Assembly: GCF_041583195.1 (NCBI RefSeq)
Contig: NZ_JBFHGL010000009.1
Location: 32,481-96,480 of the forward strand
DNA from: Sulfurimonas sp.
Lineage (GTDB): Bacteria > Campylobacterota > Campylobacteria > Campylobacterales > Sulfurimonadaceae
DNA length: 64,000 nucleotides
Direction of reading: 5' to 3'
Positions within the stretch are counted from its first letter, which is position 1, and every line of letters begins with the position of its first letter. The notes beneath the pieces are model-generated. The model saw nothing but the letters and a program-made list of their open reading frames with translations. It was not told where the DNA came from and did not search any database. A program made the translations under genes and the position numbers. This document shows, in pieces, positions 17,632 to 27,730 of the stretch.

Positions 17632-19814
17632 TCTCTCAGTTAGATTTAAACGAGCATATAGCTCAGTTTAAAAGCTTTTTCTCCCGCAATGATGATCTCT
17701 TTATAGAAGGTGATCAAGAACTACATTTTCGCTACATAAAAGCACTTGATAAGTTGGAGTTTAATGCTCCTCCAAAAGTGTCTGATTTTGCAAATATAAA
17801 ACAGCATCTTAAAAAACACGGTGTACTTAACTTTGAACAAATTTTTGAGATTGTAAAAGTTGTACGCTACTTTCGTTATTTTAAAAACCGTGATATAGAA
17901 GGAATTATAGGCGAATGGATGGAAAAGTTCGAATTTCCTGAACAGTTTTTAGAAGTTGAAAAATACTTTACAAATGATGGAAAGTTTGAAGAAAATTTAG
18001 ACCAAGAGCTTTTTTCTCTAAGCCAGAGAGTAAAAGAGCAAAAAAATAATATATCCGTTTCACTTAAACGTCTAGTCTCTTCATCTAAAGTTGCACCTTA
18101 TCTTATGGACACACAACTTCACTTTGTAAACAACGAAGACTGCCTTTTAGTTCGCGGTGGTTTTAACCATGTACTAAAAGGTGCAGTAGTTGGACGTAGT
18201 AGCAGTGGAGGTTTTTATGTATCACCTGATTCTATTTTAAAAGCCAAAGAGCAGATCCGCTATATAAACCAAGAGCGTGAAGCTATCTTTTACAGATATT
18301 CCCAAGAGTTCTCTACTAAACTAAGTGAGTTGCAGCCCTTTATCAACTTTATAGACAAAGAGTTTTCACGTTTTGATAATTATCAGGCAAGGGTTTTATT
18401 TGCAAAAAGTCAAAATCTCCAAATTGTAAAATCTCAAAAAAATTCAAATATAATTTTAAAAGATTTTATCCACCCTGCCCTGCATAATGCAAAACCTGTA
18501 AACGTAGACTTTAGTAAAAATGTTCTTATGATTACAGGTGTAAATGCCGGTGGTAAAACTATGCTTCTAAAATCTCTTTTATCTAGTGCATTTATGGCAA
18601 AGTATATGATCCCAATGAAGCTAAATGAGAATAAAAGCTCAATTGGAAATTTTAAGAAGATTCTCTCAATAATAGATGATCCGCAAAATGTTAAAAATGA
18701 CATCTCTACATTTGCTGGAAGAATGCAACAATTCTCTCAGATCTTCACTCAGCGTGATGCACTTGTCGGAGTAGATGAGATTGAGCTTGGAACAGACTCT
18801 GATGAAGCTGCAGCTTTATTTAAAGTTATACTTGATGAGCTTATAAAGAAAAATCAAAAGATTATAGTAACCACTCACCATAAGCGTCTTGCAGCACTTA
18901 TGGCTGATCGTGATGATGTTGAGCTTATGGCTGCCATATATGATGAAGATGCTAGAAAACCGACATATGAATTTATGCATGGGATCATCGGTAAGAGTTA
19001 TGCTTTTGAAACGGCAAGCCGTTACGGTATAGCACCGCATATAGTTAAAGAGGCTAAAAGCGTATACGGCGACAATAGTGAAAAACTAAACCTTCTTATA
19101 GAGCGTGGAAGCCAGCTTGAGCGTGAGTTAAAACAAAAACATATAAAAGTAGATGAGAAACTTGAAGAGCTTAATAAAAAAGAGCAAGAACTAAAAGCTT
19201 TAAGAGAAGATCTTTTTAAAGAGCTTGATGAACAAAAATCTGCACTTAAACGTAGTTATGAAGCTGCAATAAATGAAGCAAAATCAGCTGCACGTGCTGG
19301 TGATACACAGGCTATTCACCGTGCTATGAATAAAGCAAATAAAAATCTGCCTAAAGAGCAAAAAGAAGAGATAAAAAGAGATATAGTCTTTAGTGTAGGC
19401 GATCAGGTAAAATACCATTCCCAAAGCGGAACTATCAAAGCTCTTAAAGGCAATAAAGAAGCCATTGTAGAAGTAAACGGCATGACTGTGCGCGTTAAGA
19501 CAAAACAACTCAAACCGACACAAATAATAAAACAAAAACCTCAATCAGATGTAAAAGTGCAAGTTGAGAAAAAAGCTGGTCTTAAATGTGACTTGCACGG
19601 TATGCGTGCAGATGAGGCATGTGAGACACTGGATAAGTTTTTATCCGATGCTCTTATGAACGGCTGGGATGAAGTTATAGTTTATCACGGTATTGGAACA
19701 GGTAAGCTGTCATATGCAGTTAAAAACTTCCTAACAGCTCATCCAAGGGTCAAAAGCTTTACTGACGCACCACCTCATCTTGGCGGTTTTGGAGCTAAGA
19801 TAGTTTACCTTTAA
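17622..19814 (+). CDS. mutS2: Endonuclease MutS2
   Basis: ITGVNAGGKT Walker A, DISTFAGRM, VDEIELGTD, TTHHK, C-terminal Smr domain DLHGMR...HGIGTGKL. Confidence 0.93.
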   Translation: MQIISQLDLNEHIAQFKSFFSRNDDLFIEGDQELHFRYIKALDKLEFNAPPKVSDFANIKQHLKKHGVLNFEQIFEIVKVVRYFRYFKNRDIEGIIGEWMEKFEFPEQFLEVEKYFTNDGKFEENLDQELFSLSQRVKEQKNNISVSLKRLVSSSKVAPYLMDTQLHFVNNEDCLLVRGGFNHVLKGAVVGRSSSGGFYVSPDSILKAKEQIRYINQEREAIFYRYSQEFSTKLSELQPFINFIDKEFSRFDNYQARVLFAKSQNLQIVKSQKNSNIILKDFIHPALHNAKPVNVDFSKNVLMITGVNAGGKTMLLKSLLSSAFMAKYMIPMKLNENKSSIGNFKKILSIIDDPQNVKNDISTFAGRMQQFSQIFTQRDALVGVDEIELGTDSDEAAALFKVILDELIKKNQKIIVTTHHKRLAALMADRDDVELMAAIYDEDARKPTYEFMHGIIGKSYAFETASRYGIAPHIVKEAKSVYGDNSEKLNLLIERGSQLERELKQKHIKVDEKLEELNKKEQELKALREDLFKELDEQKSALKRSYEAAINEAKSAARAGDTQAIHRAMNKANKNLPKEQKEEIKRDIVFSVGDQVKYHSQSGTIKALKGNKEAIVEVNGMTVRVKTKQLKPTQIIKQKPQSDVKVQVEKKAGLKCDLHGMRADEACETLDKFLSDALMNGWDEVIVYHGIGTGKLSYAVKNFLTAHPRVKSFTDAPPHLGGFGAKIVYL

Positions 19815-22252
19815 CTATCTATTTTACAAGCTAAAAACCTATGAAGAATTTTTACAAAAGTTTCATATTCAATAGGTTTGGCAATAAAATCATCCATCCC
19901 TGCATTTATAAATCTGTCTTTGTCTTCTGAAAGAGCATTTGCCGTTAGAGCAACAATAGGTGTAGGGCTTAGTGACTTTTCTTTCTCTATCTCACGTATA
20001 ACTTTTGTAGCTTCTATACCGTTCATCTTAGGCATGTTTTCATCCATAAGAATTAAGTCATACTTTTTGTCATTAAACATATTAACACCTTCTAAACCAT
20101 TGTTAGCAAGGTCCGCTTGTAAATCAACTTTGTCTAAAAGAAGATTTACAAGTATTTGATTTGTTTCATTATCTTCAACAAGTAAAACGTTTCCGCTAAG
20201 CTTATTATGCATATACAGTTTAGCTAAAGCCTCTTTTGAATGTTCGTGTTCAGCATCTTCATCAGCTTCAACTAAAGGCAGATAAAAACAAAATTCACTA
20301 CCTTTTCCAAGTTCACTTTGAACATCTATAGTTCCATTCATTGCTTTTATAAGTGTTGCAGATATAGAAAGACCTAAACCAGTTCCACCATACTTTCTAG
20401 TAGTTGAGCTATCAGCTTGAGTGAACGCTTCAAAAATTTTATCAAGGTTTTTTTTGTCTATTCCTGAGCCTGTATCTTTAACACAAAAGATCAACACATC
20501 TCTTTGCTTATCATAATGGGTACTCATAGTAATTTTACCGCCTTGATCGGTAAACTTTATGGCATTACTCAAAAAGTTCGAAGCTATCTGTTTTACGCGT
20601 ACAATATCACCTACGAAAAACCTTGGAAGGTTATCGTCAAAATTTATCTTTAACTCTATACCTTTCTCTTTTGCACGTTCATAAAATAAAAGCCCTATCT
20701 CTTTAAAAGGTTTTTTGGTAGCAAATTTTCTTTTCTCAAATGTCATTTTTCCAGATTCTATTTTGGAAAAGTCGAGTATATCGTTTATAACTGTAAGTAA
20801 AGTATTACCTGAGTTTTTGATGATGCTGAAGTATTTTTGCCTTTGCTTGTCTTTCTCATCACCTCTTAAAATATCTACAAAGCCTAAAATAGCATTTAAT
20901 GGTGTTCTTATCTCATGAGACATACTGGCTAAGAAGTCAGACTTTACTTTAGATGCAGTTTGTAGTTCTTTTACTTTATTTTGCAACTCTTTTGTTTTTA
21001 TAGCTACTAATGATTCAAGATTTTCATTTGTCTCTTTTAACTCGTGTGTCGTTTGATCTATTAAATGTGAGAGTGCTTTGTTTGTTGCATTCATACTCTT
21101 AATTTTCGAATCTATCTCTGCATCTTCTTCATGTTGATATTTACTTACATCATCACTCTCACTTAAAGATATTACAGTCATAGTTTGATTTAGAAGTTCT
21201 GGTTCATCAGACTTAAAAAACTCACCGTATGTAAAAAAACCACTGCTTGGCGCTACTTTTGATAGAGGTTCTAACTCTACAGATATGGCATCTTCTAAAA
21301 ACCTTCTTCTTGCCATACAAGAGTATATAAATATTGACTCAACAGGTGTATCATGAAACTCTTTACCAATTTGTATAGACTCTGATAAAATTGCATTTGC
21401 ATTACCAAATCCAAAATGTACCCTATCTCCAATATGCAAATTCCCTGCAAAAACCAAAGAGCCGTCATCGCCTTTTCCAAGAACAGCACGTGCTACTTTT
21501 ACACCGTCTTTATTTAAAATTAATGGAAATTCAATTCCAATAGCAGGTAAACTTTTTGCAGCCTCTTCACCTAAATATTTTCTGTAAGTATCTACTGCAC
21601 TTACACCATTAATCTCATATACTCTGTTATCTTCAACTTTAGTAACGATAAGCTCTTTACCGATCTCCTGCCAAAAAAAGCTGTATGCATTTTTTACATT
21701 TAGGTTTTTGGAGTTTATCGATACACCGACTGCTCCGTTAGAGATTACTTTATCGTTTGAGAATACATAAGTATTTTTAAATCTGGCACCGTCACCCGCC
21801 ATACCGCCTGCAAGCATAATATCTTTACTTACACTGCTAACCCCGTCTAAAAAATCTTCACCGTTAATACTCAAACCGTCGGCAAAAAGAATTATAAGTT
21901 TTGTGTTTGTATGTATTACATCTTTTGCTAACTTTTCTCCACACTCGAAACTGTTGCCATCATTTTCGACTGCAGATATGTTTAAAGTGCTATGTTTAAA
22001 TTCTGTTATGCTTATAACAATTTTATCAGTACTTACGTTTTTTCCTAAAATTTCACCGTCTGTAGTCGCACCGATTATTTTAGCGTTTGGGAGTAGTTTT
22101 AATATATCTCTTGTAAGTAGTTGCAAAGTTTTCTCATCGCATACAGAGCTGAAAACCTGTACTAGAATATCTTTGTGTTGATCAATTGAGTTTTTTGATA
22201 TGAAATTATCTAAATCATCAATATCTTTATAATAGGTATTAAAAGTTCTCAA
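19811..22252 (-). CDS. Cytoplasmic FIST-domain hybrid histidine kinase (FIST-HisKA-HATPase-REC)
   Basis: FIST motifs LAGGMAGD, YSCMARR, GFFTYGE; SHEIRTPLN; NFLSNAIKFT; YGGTGLGL; receiver LVEDN..LMDENMP..AKP; no TM segment. Confidence 0.92.
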   Translation of the reverse strand: MRTFNTYYKDIDDLDNFISKNSIDQHKDILVQVFSSVCDEKTLQLLTRDILKLLPNAKIIGATTDGEILGKNVSTDKIVISITEFKHSTLNISAVENDGNSFECGEKLAKDVIHTNTKLIILFADGLSINGEDFLDGVSSVSKDIMLAGGMAGDGARFKNTYVFSNDKVISNGAVGVSINSKNLNVKNAYSFFWQEIGKELIVTKVEDNRVYEINGVSAVDTYRKYLGEEAAKSLPAIGIEFPLILNKDGVKVARAVLGKGDDGSLVFAGNLHIGDRVHFGFGNANAILSESIQIGKEFHDTPVESIFIYSCMARRRFLEDAISVELEPLSKVAPSSGFFTYGEFFKSDEPELLNQTMTVISLSESDDVSKYQHEEDAEIDSKIKSMNATNKALSHLIDQTTHELKETNENLESLVAIKTKELQNKVKELQTASKVKSDFLASMSHEIRTPLNAILGFVDILRGDEKDKQRQKYFSIIKNSGNTLLTVINDILDFSKIESGKMTFEKRKFATKKPFKEIGLLFYERAKEKGIELKINFDDNLPRFFVGDIVRVKQIASNFLSNAIKFTDQGGKITMSTHYDKQRDVLIFCVKDTGSGIDKKNLDKIFEAFTQADSSTTRKYGGTGLGLSISATLIKAMNGTIDVQSELGKGSEFCFYLPLVEADEDAEHEHSKEALAKLYMHNKLSGNVLLVEDNETNQILVNLLLDKVDLQADLANNGLEGVNMFNDKKYDLILMDENMPKMNGIEATKVIREIEKEKSLSPTPIVALTANALSEDKDRFINAGMDDFIAKPIEYETFVKILHRFLACKIDS

Positions 22253-22327
22253 GTTGATCTCCCTTGTATAACCAAAATTTTAGCAATTTATATTTAATTG
22301 ACTATAAAATCGGCTAAAATTAGGTTT

Positions 22328-23515
22328 ATGAAAAGAGTAGCAGTTATCGGTGCCGGTGCAAGTGGACTTATTTGTGCAATTGAATGTGCCAAAAATTCTT
22401 GCAAGGTAGATTTGTACGAACAAAATTCAAAAAGCGGGAAAAAAATACTGGTCTCAGGTAACGGCAGATGTAATATTACAAATACGACGATCTCTCAAAA
22501 CGACTACTACTCACAAAGCAACTCTTTTGTTATTGACGCACTAAATAATTTTGGATACAAAGAGTTTCAAAAGTACTGCAATTCTATTGGTCTTTTACTA
22601 GATGAAAAAGAAGACGGAAAAGTCTACCCTCTCTCAAACGAAGCCAAATCGGTTGTTGCCATCTTAAACGAGCAAGCCTTAAACAGTGGTGTAAATTTTA
22701 TATATGATACAAAAGTATCAGATATACAAAAAATGTTTGAAAAATATGATGCCGTAGTAGTAGCGACAGGAAGCGAAGCGGCTTCTCATCTTGGCGGATG
22801 TGATGATGGTTTGGAGTTTGCAAAAGCATTTGATCATAATATTGTGCCAACATACCCAAGCCTTGTTCAACTAGAACTATCAAACTCATCGCATGCTAAA
22901 ATGAGCGGTGCAAAGGTTGATGGTGAAGTGACACTGATGATTAACAATCAAAAAATTTCATCTGCTAGCGGTGATATTTTATTTACAACTTATGGAGTTT
23001 CAGGCTTTAGTATATTAGACATATCTAGAGAAGCCAGTGAAGCTATTCTGAACTACTCATGCGTAGATGTTATTTTAAACCTTTTACCGAAGTTCTCACA
23101 CCAAAAACTATCAAATCATTTAAACACTATTAGCAAATCACTTCCTGATAGTTCTATACTAAATGCGCTTCATGCCCTACTTCCGTTGAAAATATCTAAA
23201 ACAATACTTGATGTTCTAAATATATCTGCAGATACCAAACTGGAATCACTAAACATGAAAGATTTTAAACGCATAGCAAATCAGTGTCTAAACTGGAAGT
23301 TTGAAGTCTCAAACACTCATGGCTTTCGTCATGCAGAAGTTGCAGGTGGCGGTGTAGATGTCAGCGAAATAGATCCAAAAACTATGGAATCTAAAAAACA
23401 AAAAAATCTTTACTTTACAGGCGAAGTTCTAGATGTAGTCGGTCGTCGTGGCGGTTATAACTTTGCATGGGCATGGGCTAGCGGATACGCTGCTGCTAAG
23501 GATATATCCAAATAA
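22328..23515 (+). CDS. HI0933/YhiN (BaiN-like) flavoprotein oxidoreductase
   Basis: IGAGASG, KILVSGNGRCNITN, GGVDVSEID..TMESK, GEVLDV.GRRGGYNFAWAWASG; start taken at MKRVAV. Confidence 0.9.
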   Translation: MKRVAVIGAGASGLICAIECAKNSCKVDLYEQNSKSGKKILVSGNGRCNITNTTISQNDYYSQSNSFVIDALNNFGYKEFQKYCNSIGLLLDEKEDGKVYPLSNEAKSVVAILNEQALNSGVNFIYDTKVSDIQKMFEKYDAVVVATGSEAASHLGGCDDGLEFAKAFDHNIVPTYPSLVQLELSNSSHAKMSGAKVDGEVTLMINNQKISSASGDILFTTYGVSGFSILDISREASEAILNYSCVDVILNLLPKFSHQKLSNHLNTISKSLPDSSILNALHALLPLKISKTILDVLNISADTKLESLNMKDFKRIANQCLNWKFEVSNTHGFRHAEVAGGGVDVSEIDPKTMESKKQKNLYFTGEVLDVVGRRGGYNFAWAWASGYAAAKDISK

Positions 23516-23544
23516 AACCCACTATTTTTAAATAATTCTTTTGT

Positions 23545-23573
23545 TTGACATTATTACTAATTAGTAATATACT
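23545..23573 (+). promoter_or_regulatory. Sigma70 promoter of the marR-yceI module
   Basis: TTGACA (23545-50), 17-bp spacer, TATACT (23568-73). Confidence 0.8.
23552..23569. promoter_or_regulatory. MarR operator candidate TATTACTAATTAGTAATA
   Basis: Perfect 18-bp palindrome filling the -35/-10 spacer of the marR promoter. Confidence 0.75.
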
Positions 23574-23592
23574 TTAAAAAGGAGAAGGAATT

Positions 23593-24045
23593 ATGAAAGT
23601 AAATACTACTAAAAGCTATGGTTTAACTGCTGATAAATCCATGAGTACATGGATTCAGCTCTATCGTGCTTTTAAAAAGATCAGAGCTAAAGAGATGGCT
23701 TATATTAAGTCATGCAACTTAACTATGAATCAATTTGAAATATTAGAAGTTCTTTACCATAGAGGTGATTTAAGTGTAGGTGCTATAACCAAACTAACAC
23801 TTGGAACTGCCGGGAATGTAACTGTAGTTATAAAAAACTTAGTTAGAGATGGTTTTGTGAACTCTATACCTGATCCTGACGACAAAAGAACATACATAAT
23901 ATCTATTACTGGGAAAGGTATAGATGTTATTAGTGCGTTGTTTCCAGACCATGCTAAAAACTTTGAGAACTACTTTGAAGTTTTGGATGAAAACGAATTG
24001 GAGACCTTATTCAATTTATTGAGAAAATTACACAAATCACAATGA
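23593..24045 (+). CDS. MarR-family regulator, MhqR-like
   Basis: LTMNQFEILEVLYHRGD, DPDDKR..ITGKG, FPDHA; resembles Bacillus MhqR as recalled (not aligned). Confidence 0.88.
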   Translation: MKVNTTKSYGLTADKSMSTWIQLYRAFKKIRAKEMAYIKSCNLTMNQFEILEVLYHRGDLSVGAITKLTLGTAGNVTVVIKNLVRDGFVNSIPDPDDKRTYIISITGKGIDVISALFPDHAKNFENYFEVLDENELETLFNLLRKLHKSQ

Positions 24046-24063
24046 TTTTTTTTCTTTATAAAT

Positions 24064-24081
24064 TATTACTAACTAGTATTA
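24064..24081. promoter_or_regulatory. Second MarR operator candidate TATTACTAACTAGTATTA
   Basis: 16/18 identity to 23552-23569, directly upstream of the yceI SD. Confidence 0.65.
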
Positions 24082-24092
24082 AAGGATAAGAG

Positions 24093-24659
24093 ATGAATTT
24101 ATTAAGATTAGGATTGGTATCTGTACTGGTTGCAGGTAGTTTATTCGCAGGAAATTATAATGTTGATGTTACTCATTCAAATGTAAGTTTTAAAGTAAAA
24201 CATATGATGATATCAAACGTAACAGGTAAGTTTGACAAATTTAAAGGTAACTTTGTTTTTGATGAGAAAACAAAAACTTTAAAATCTCTATACGGTGAAG
24301 TCGAAGCTGCATCTGTAAATACAGAAAATGAAAAAAGAGATACACATCTAAGATCTGCAGATTTCTTTGATGTTACAAAGTATCCAACACTTACTCTTGA
24401 GTTGACAGATATAGGCAGTGATGAAGCAACAGGAAAATTAACAATACACGGTATTACAAAGCTGGTTAAGTTTGAACTTGAAACTACTGGTGTTATTAAA
24501 GATCCTTGGGGTAATCAAAGAACAGGTTTAAGTTTGGAGGCAAAAGTAAATAGACAAGAGTTCGGTCTTAAATGGAACGATCTTTTAGAAAGCGGAGGAC
24601 TTATAGTAGATGATAAAGTTAAAATATTTATTGAGTTGGAGGGTATTTTAACTAAGTGA
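24093..24659 (+). CDS. yceI: YceI-family periplasmic lipid/polyisoprenoid-binding protein
   Basis: Signal peptide; VDVTHSNVSFKVKHMMIS, RDTHLRSADFFD, GKLTIHGITK, DPWGN. Confidence 0.9.
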   Translation: MNLLRLGLVSVLVAGSLFAGNYNVDVTHSNVSFKVKHMMISNVTGKFDKFKGNFVFDEKTKTLKSLYGEVEAASVNTENEKRDTHLRSADFFDVTKYPTLTLELTDIGSDEATGKLTIHGITKLVKFELETTGVIKDPWGNQRTGLSLEAKVNRQEFGLKWNDLLESGGLIVDDKVKIFIELEGILTK

Positions 24660-24680
24660 ACAGATAAAAAAGGAGATGTT

Positions 24681-25448
24681 ATGTCTCAAAATAAAAGAGC
24701 CCCTGCATTTTTTGCAGGTCACGGAAATCCTATGAATGCTATAGAAAATAATGAGTTCACACGTTCATTGAATAGCTTAGGAAAATCTATAGAAAAACCA
24801 AAAGCAATTCTTGCTATATCGGCACACTGGTATGTGCCATACGCTGCCGTATCCGTGCATGAGAGCGATGAATTAATGTATGATATGTTCGGATTTCCCG
24901 ATAAGCTCTATGAAGTTGAGTATAAAGCTGAGAATTCAGATTTTTTAATATCTAAACTTCAATTAGAATATGAGTATGTTAAGGTTGAAAACAGAGGCTT
25001 GGATCACGGTGTATGGAGTATACTGGTACATCTATTTCCAGATGCAGATATTCCCGTAACTCAAATATCTATTAATTCTAATTTGAGTTTAAAAGAACAT
25101 TATGAACTCGGCCGCAGATTAAGCGTACTGAGAGATGAAGGTGTAATGATCATTGCAAGTGGAAATGTAACGCATAATTTAAGAGAAGTTAACTGGGCTT
25201 CAGGTGCAAAAGCTGAATCTTGGGCAGTTGATTTTGATAGGTATATAGCTGATGCTATAGTCAATAAAGACTTTGAATCTTTAATAGATGTCACAAGTCC
25301 TTATTTCAACTTAGCTCATCCGACAATAGAGCATTATATCCCACTGCTTTACATAGCAGGTGCGATGAATGATGAAGATGAAAGTTCATTTACATATGAA
25401 GGCATTGAGCTTGGCACTATGAGTATGAGAAACTGGCTTGTCAAATAA
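24681..25448 (+). CDS. ygiD: 4,5-DOPA-type extradiol dioxygenase (LigB/YgiD family)
   Basis: GHGNPMNA, ISAHW, RGLDHGVW, SGNVTHNL, AHPTIEHYIPL. Confidence 0.9.
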   Translation: MSQNKRAPAFFAGHGNPMNAIENNEFTRSLNSLGKSIEKPKAILAISAHWYVPYAAVSVHESDELMYDMFGFPDKLYEVEYKAENSDFLISKLQLEYEYVKVENRGLDHGVWSILVHLFPDADIPVTQISINSNLSLKEHYELGRRLSVLRDEGVMIIASGNVTHNLREVNWASGAKAESWAVDFDRYIADAIVNKDFESLIDVTSPYFNLAHPTIEHYIPLLYIAGAMNDEDESSFTYEGIELGTMSMRNWLVK

Positions 25449-25459
25449 AAGGATATATC

Positions 25460-26164
25460 ATGTTAAGAAAAATAGCAAAACATAGCATGGGTAAATCAAA
25501 TTTAGGATGGTTGCAAAGCAGATTTCATTTCTCATTTGCAGAGTATAGGAATCCAAACAATATAAACTTTGGAGTACTGAGGGTTCTAAACGATGACATA
25601 ATTTTACCCCGTAGCGGATTTGACATGCATCCGCACGAAAATATGGAGATCATCTCTTATGTAGTTGATGGTGAGATCAGCCATAAGGATTCAATGAGAA
25701 ACGAAGAGACTCTAGGTCGTGGTGAAGTCCAATATATGAGTGCTGGAGATGGTGTAGTCCATGCTGAGTATAATCTAGGTGATGTTAACTTAAGACTTTT
25801 ACAGATCTGGATAATGCCTCCAAAAAAAGGTTTGGATACTCTTTATGGCTCATACAGATATAAAGCAGATGAGCGTAAAAACAAACTGCTAAATATTGTC
25901 TCTGGCCAAGATGGAGATTCAAAAATAAAACTATATCAAGATGTAAATTTTTATGTATCTGAACTTGATGCAGGCAAAAGCATAGATTATGATATACAAA
26001 ACAACAAACAGATATATTATGTACAAATAGAAGGGTCTGCAAATATTAACGGAGTTGAGCTAGACTACGGTGATGCTATGGAGGTAACCGATGAGACTAA
26101 ACTATCTGTAAATGCAACAACAAAGAGTCACTTTTTATTTATAGAGATGCAAAAAAGTTTATAA
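25460..26164 (+). CDS. Pirin family protein
   Basis: WLQSRFHFSFAEY, GFDMHPHENMEI, HKDSM, MSAGDGVVHAE, LQIW. Confidence 0.92.
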   Translation: MLRKIAKHSMGKSNLGWLQSRFHFSFAEYRNPNNINFGVLRVLNDDIILPRSGFDMHPHENMEIISYVVDGEISHKDSMRNEETLGRGEVQYMSAGDGVVHAEYNLGDVNLRLLQIWIMPPKKGLDTLYGSYRYKADERKNKLLNIVSGQDGDSKIKLYQDVNFYVSELDAGKSIDYDIQNNKQIYYVQIEGSANINGVELDYGDAMEVTDETKLSVNATTKSHFLFIEMQKSL

Positions 26165-26213
26165 TAAATTTTATTTCGCTAAACTATATGAAATTAAATT
26201 AAAAGGTAATTTC

Positions 26214-26768
26214 ATGTCCACACCTCTAATCGTACTTATAGTTGTTGCATTAATCCTGGTTTTAATGTACAACTCACTTGTAAATAAGAAAAACCAAGTT
26301 GAAAATATTTTTGCAACGATCGATACACAACTAAAAAAACGCTACGACCTAATTCCAAACCTTGTTGCATCCGTAAGCAAATATATGGAACATGAAAAAT
26401 CTCTTTTAGAAGAGGTTACAAAACTTCGTGCAGATGCTAACAAACCGAATTTATCGGATGAGAAAAAAATAAAACTCGATGCACAAATAAGTTCGGCTCT
26501 TGGTTCACTGATGATCGCCGTTGAGAATTACCCTGATCTAAAAGCAAACGAAAATGTTATGCATCTTCAACGCACTCTTAATGAAGTAGAAGAGCAGATC
26601 TCTGCAGCTCGCCGTGCATATAACCAGGCTGTAACTGATTATAACAACGCTATAGAGATGATACCTACAAACTTCATGGCTAGTGCAATGAACTACACAA
26701 GAAAACAGGTATTTGAGATTGTAGAAGCTGAGCGTAAAAACGTAAACGTAAAAGAGCTTTTTAACTAA
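26214..26768 (+). CDS. lemA: LemA family protein
   Basis: YNSLV, LKKRYDLIPNLV, ENYPDLKA, ARRAYN..V..YN. Confidence 0.92.
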   Translation: MSTPLIVLIVVALILVLMYNSLVNKKNQVENIFATIDTQLKKRYDLIPNLVASVSKYMEHEKSLLEEVTKLRADANKPNLSDEKKIKLDAQISSALGSLMIAVENYPDLKANENVMHLQRTLNEVEEQISAARRAYNQAVTDYNNAIEMIPTNFMASAMNYTRKQVFEIVEAERKNVNVKELFN

Positions 26769-26770
26769 AA

Positions 26771-27730
26771 ATGAAATCTAAAAGCGAACTGACAGACTTT
26801 TACTATAAAGCACTATACCCTATTCTTCAAGACCTTGAAAAAGACAGGAAAATTCTGCGTTCACGAATAATATCTGTAGGAACAATATACACTATAGTTT
26901 TTGCACTTCTAATATACACAGTGTATGGTTCAATTAAAGATGAAGACGTATTGACATGGGGTATATTTTTATACGTAGCTATAGGCGGTTTCATATATAA
27001 GTTTATGATCAAAGATTATACGAGTGAATTTAAAGAAAAGATCATATCTCCGCTTATAGATTCACTTGAGGAGAAACTTACATATCATAAAGATCTACAT
27101 ATATCTGAACATCTTTTTGTACGCTCAAAACTTTTCTCATCACCTGATAGAACTAGTGGTAATGACTTGGTTAAGGGTGAAATTAAAAATACAAAAATCC
27201 GTTTTTCAGACTTTCACGCTGAAAAAAGACACAGAAACTCCAAAGGACGAGATAGCTGGAGTACGATCTTTCGTGGTCTGTTTGTAGTTGCAGAGTTTAA
27301 CAAAAACTTCATCGGCGAGACCGTAGTTCTCCCAGACACTGCCCAAAAAACTTTTGGAGATCTAATCGGGAATTGGTTACAATCTAAAAACTTAGGCAGA
27401 GACGAGCTTGTAAAGATGGATGATCCGGAGTTTGAAAAAAGATTTGTAGTATATTCAGACGATCAGATAGAAGCACGCTATATTCTCTCAAACTCAATTA
27501 TGAAAAAACTTACTACATTTGAGAAAAGGTTTGGACACCCGCTTTATATCTCTTTTGTAAGAAACCACATACATCTTGCAGTTTACTATAACAAAGATAT
27601 GTTTGAACCATCTATTTTCAGCTCACTTTTAGAGTACAAAACAGCTATGGAGTATGTAGATACGCTTCACTTAGCTACCGGAATTATAGAGGAGTTAAAA
27701 CTAAACGAAAGAATCTGGAGCAAAGTATGA
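26771..27730 (+). CDS. DUF3137-like membrane protein (LemA partner)
   Basis: Two TM helices then soluble domain with FRGLF..F.K.F.G.T and DPEFEKRFVVYSDDQIEARYILS. Confidence 0.75.
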   Translation: MKSKSELTDFYYKALYPILQDLEKDRKILRSRIISVGTIYTIVFALLIYTVYGSIKDEDVLTWGIFLYVAIGGFIYKFMIKDYTSEFKEKIISPLIDSLEEKLTYHKDLHISEHLFVRSKLFSSPDRTSGNDLVKGEIKNTKIRFSDFHAEKRHRNSKGRDSWSTIFRGLFVVAEFNKNFIGETVVLPDTAQKTFGDLIGNWLQSKNLGRDELVKMDDPEFEKRFVVYSDDQIEARYILSNSIMKKLTTFEKRFGHPLYISFVRNHIHLAVYYNKDMFEPSIFSSLLEYKTAMEYVDTLHLATGIIEELKLNERIWSKV

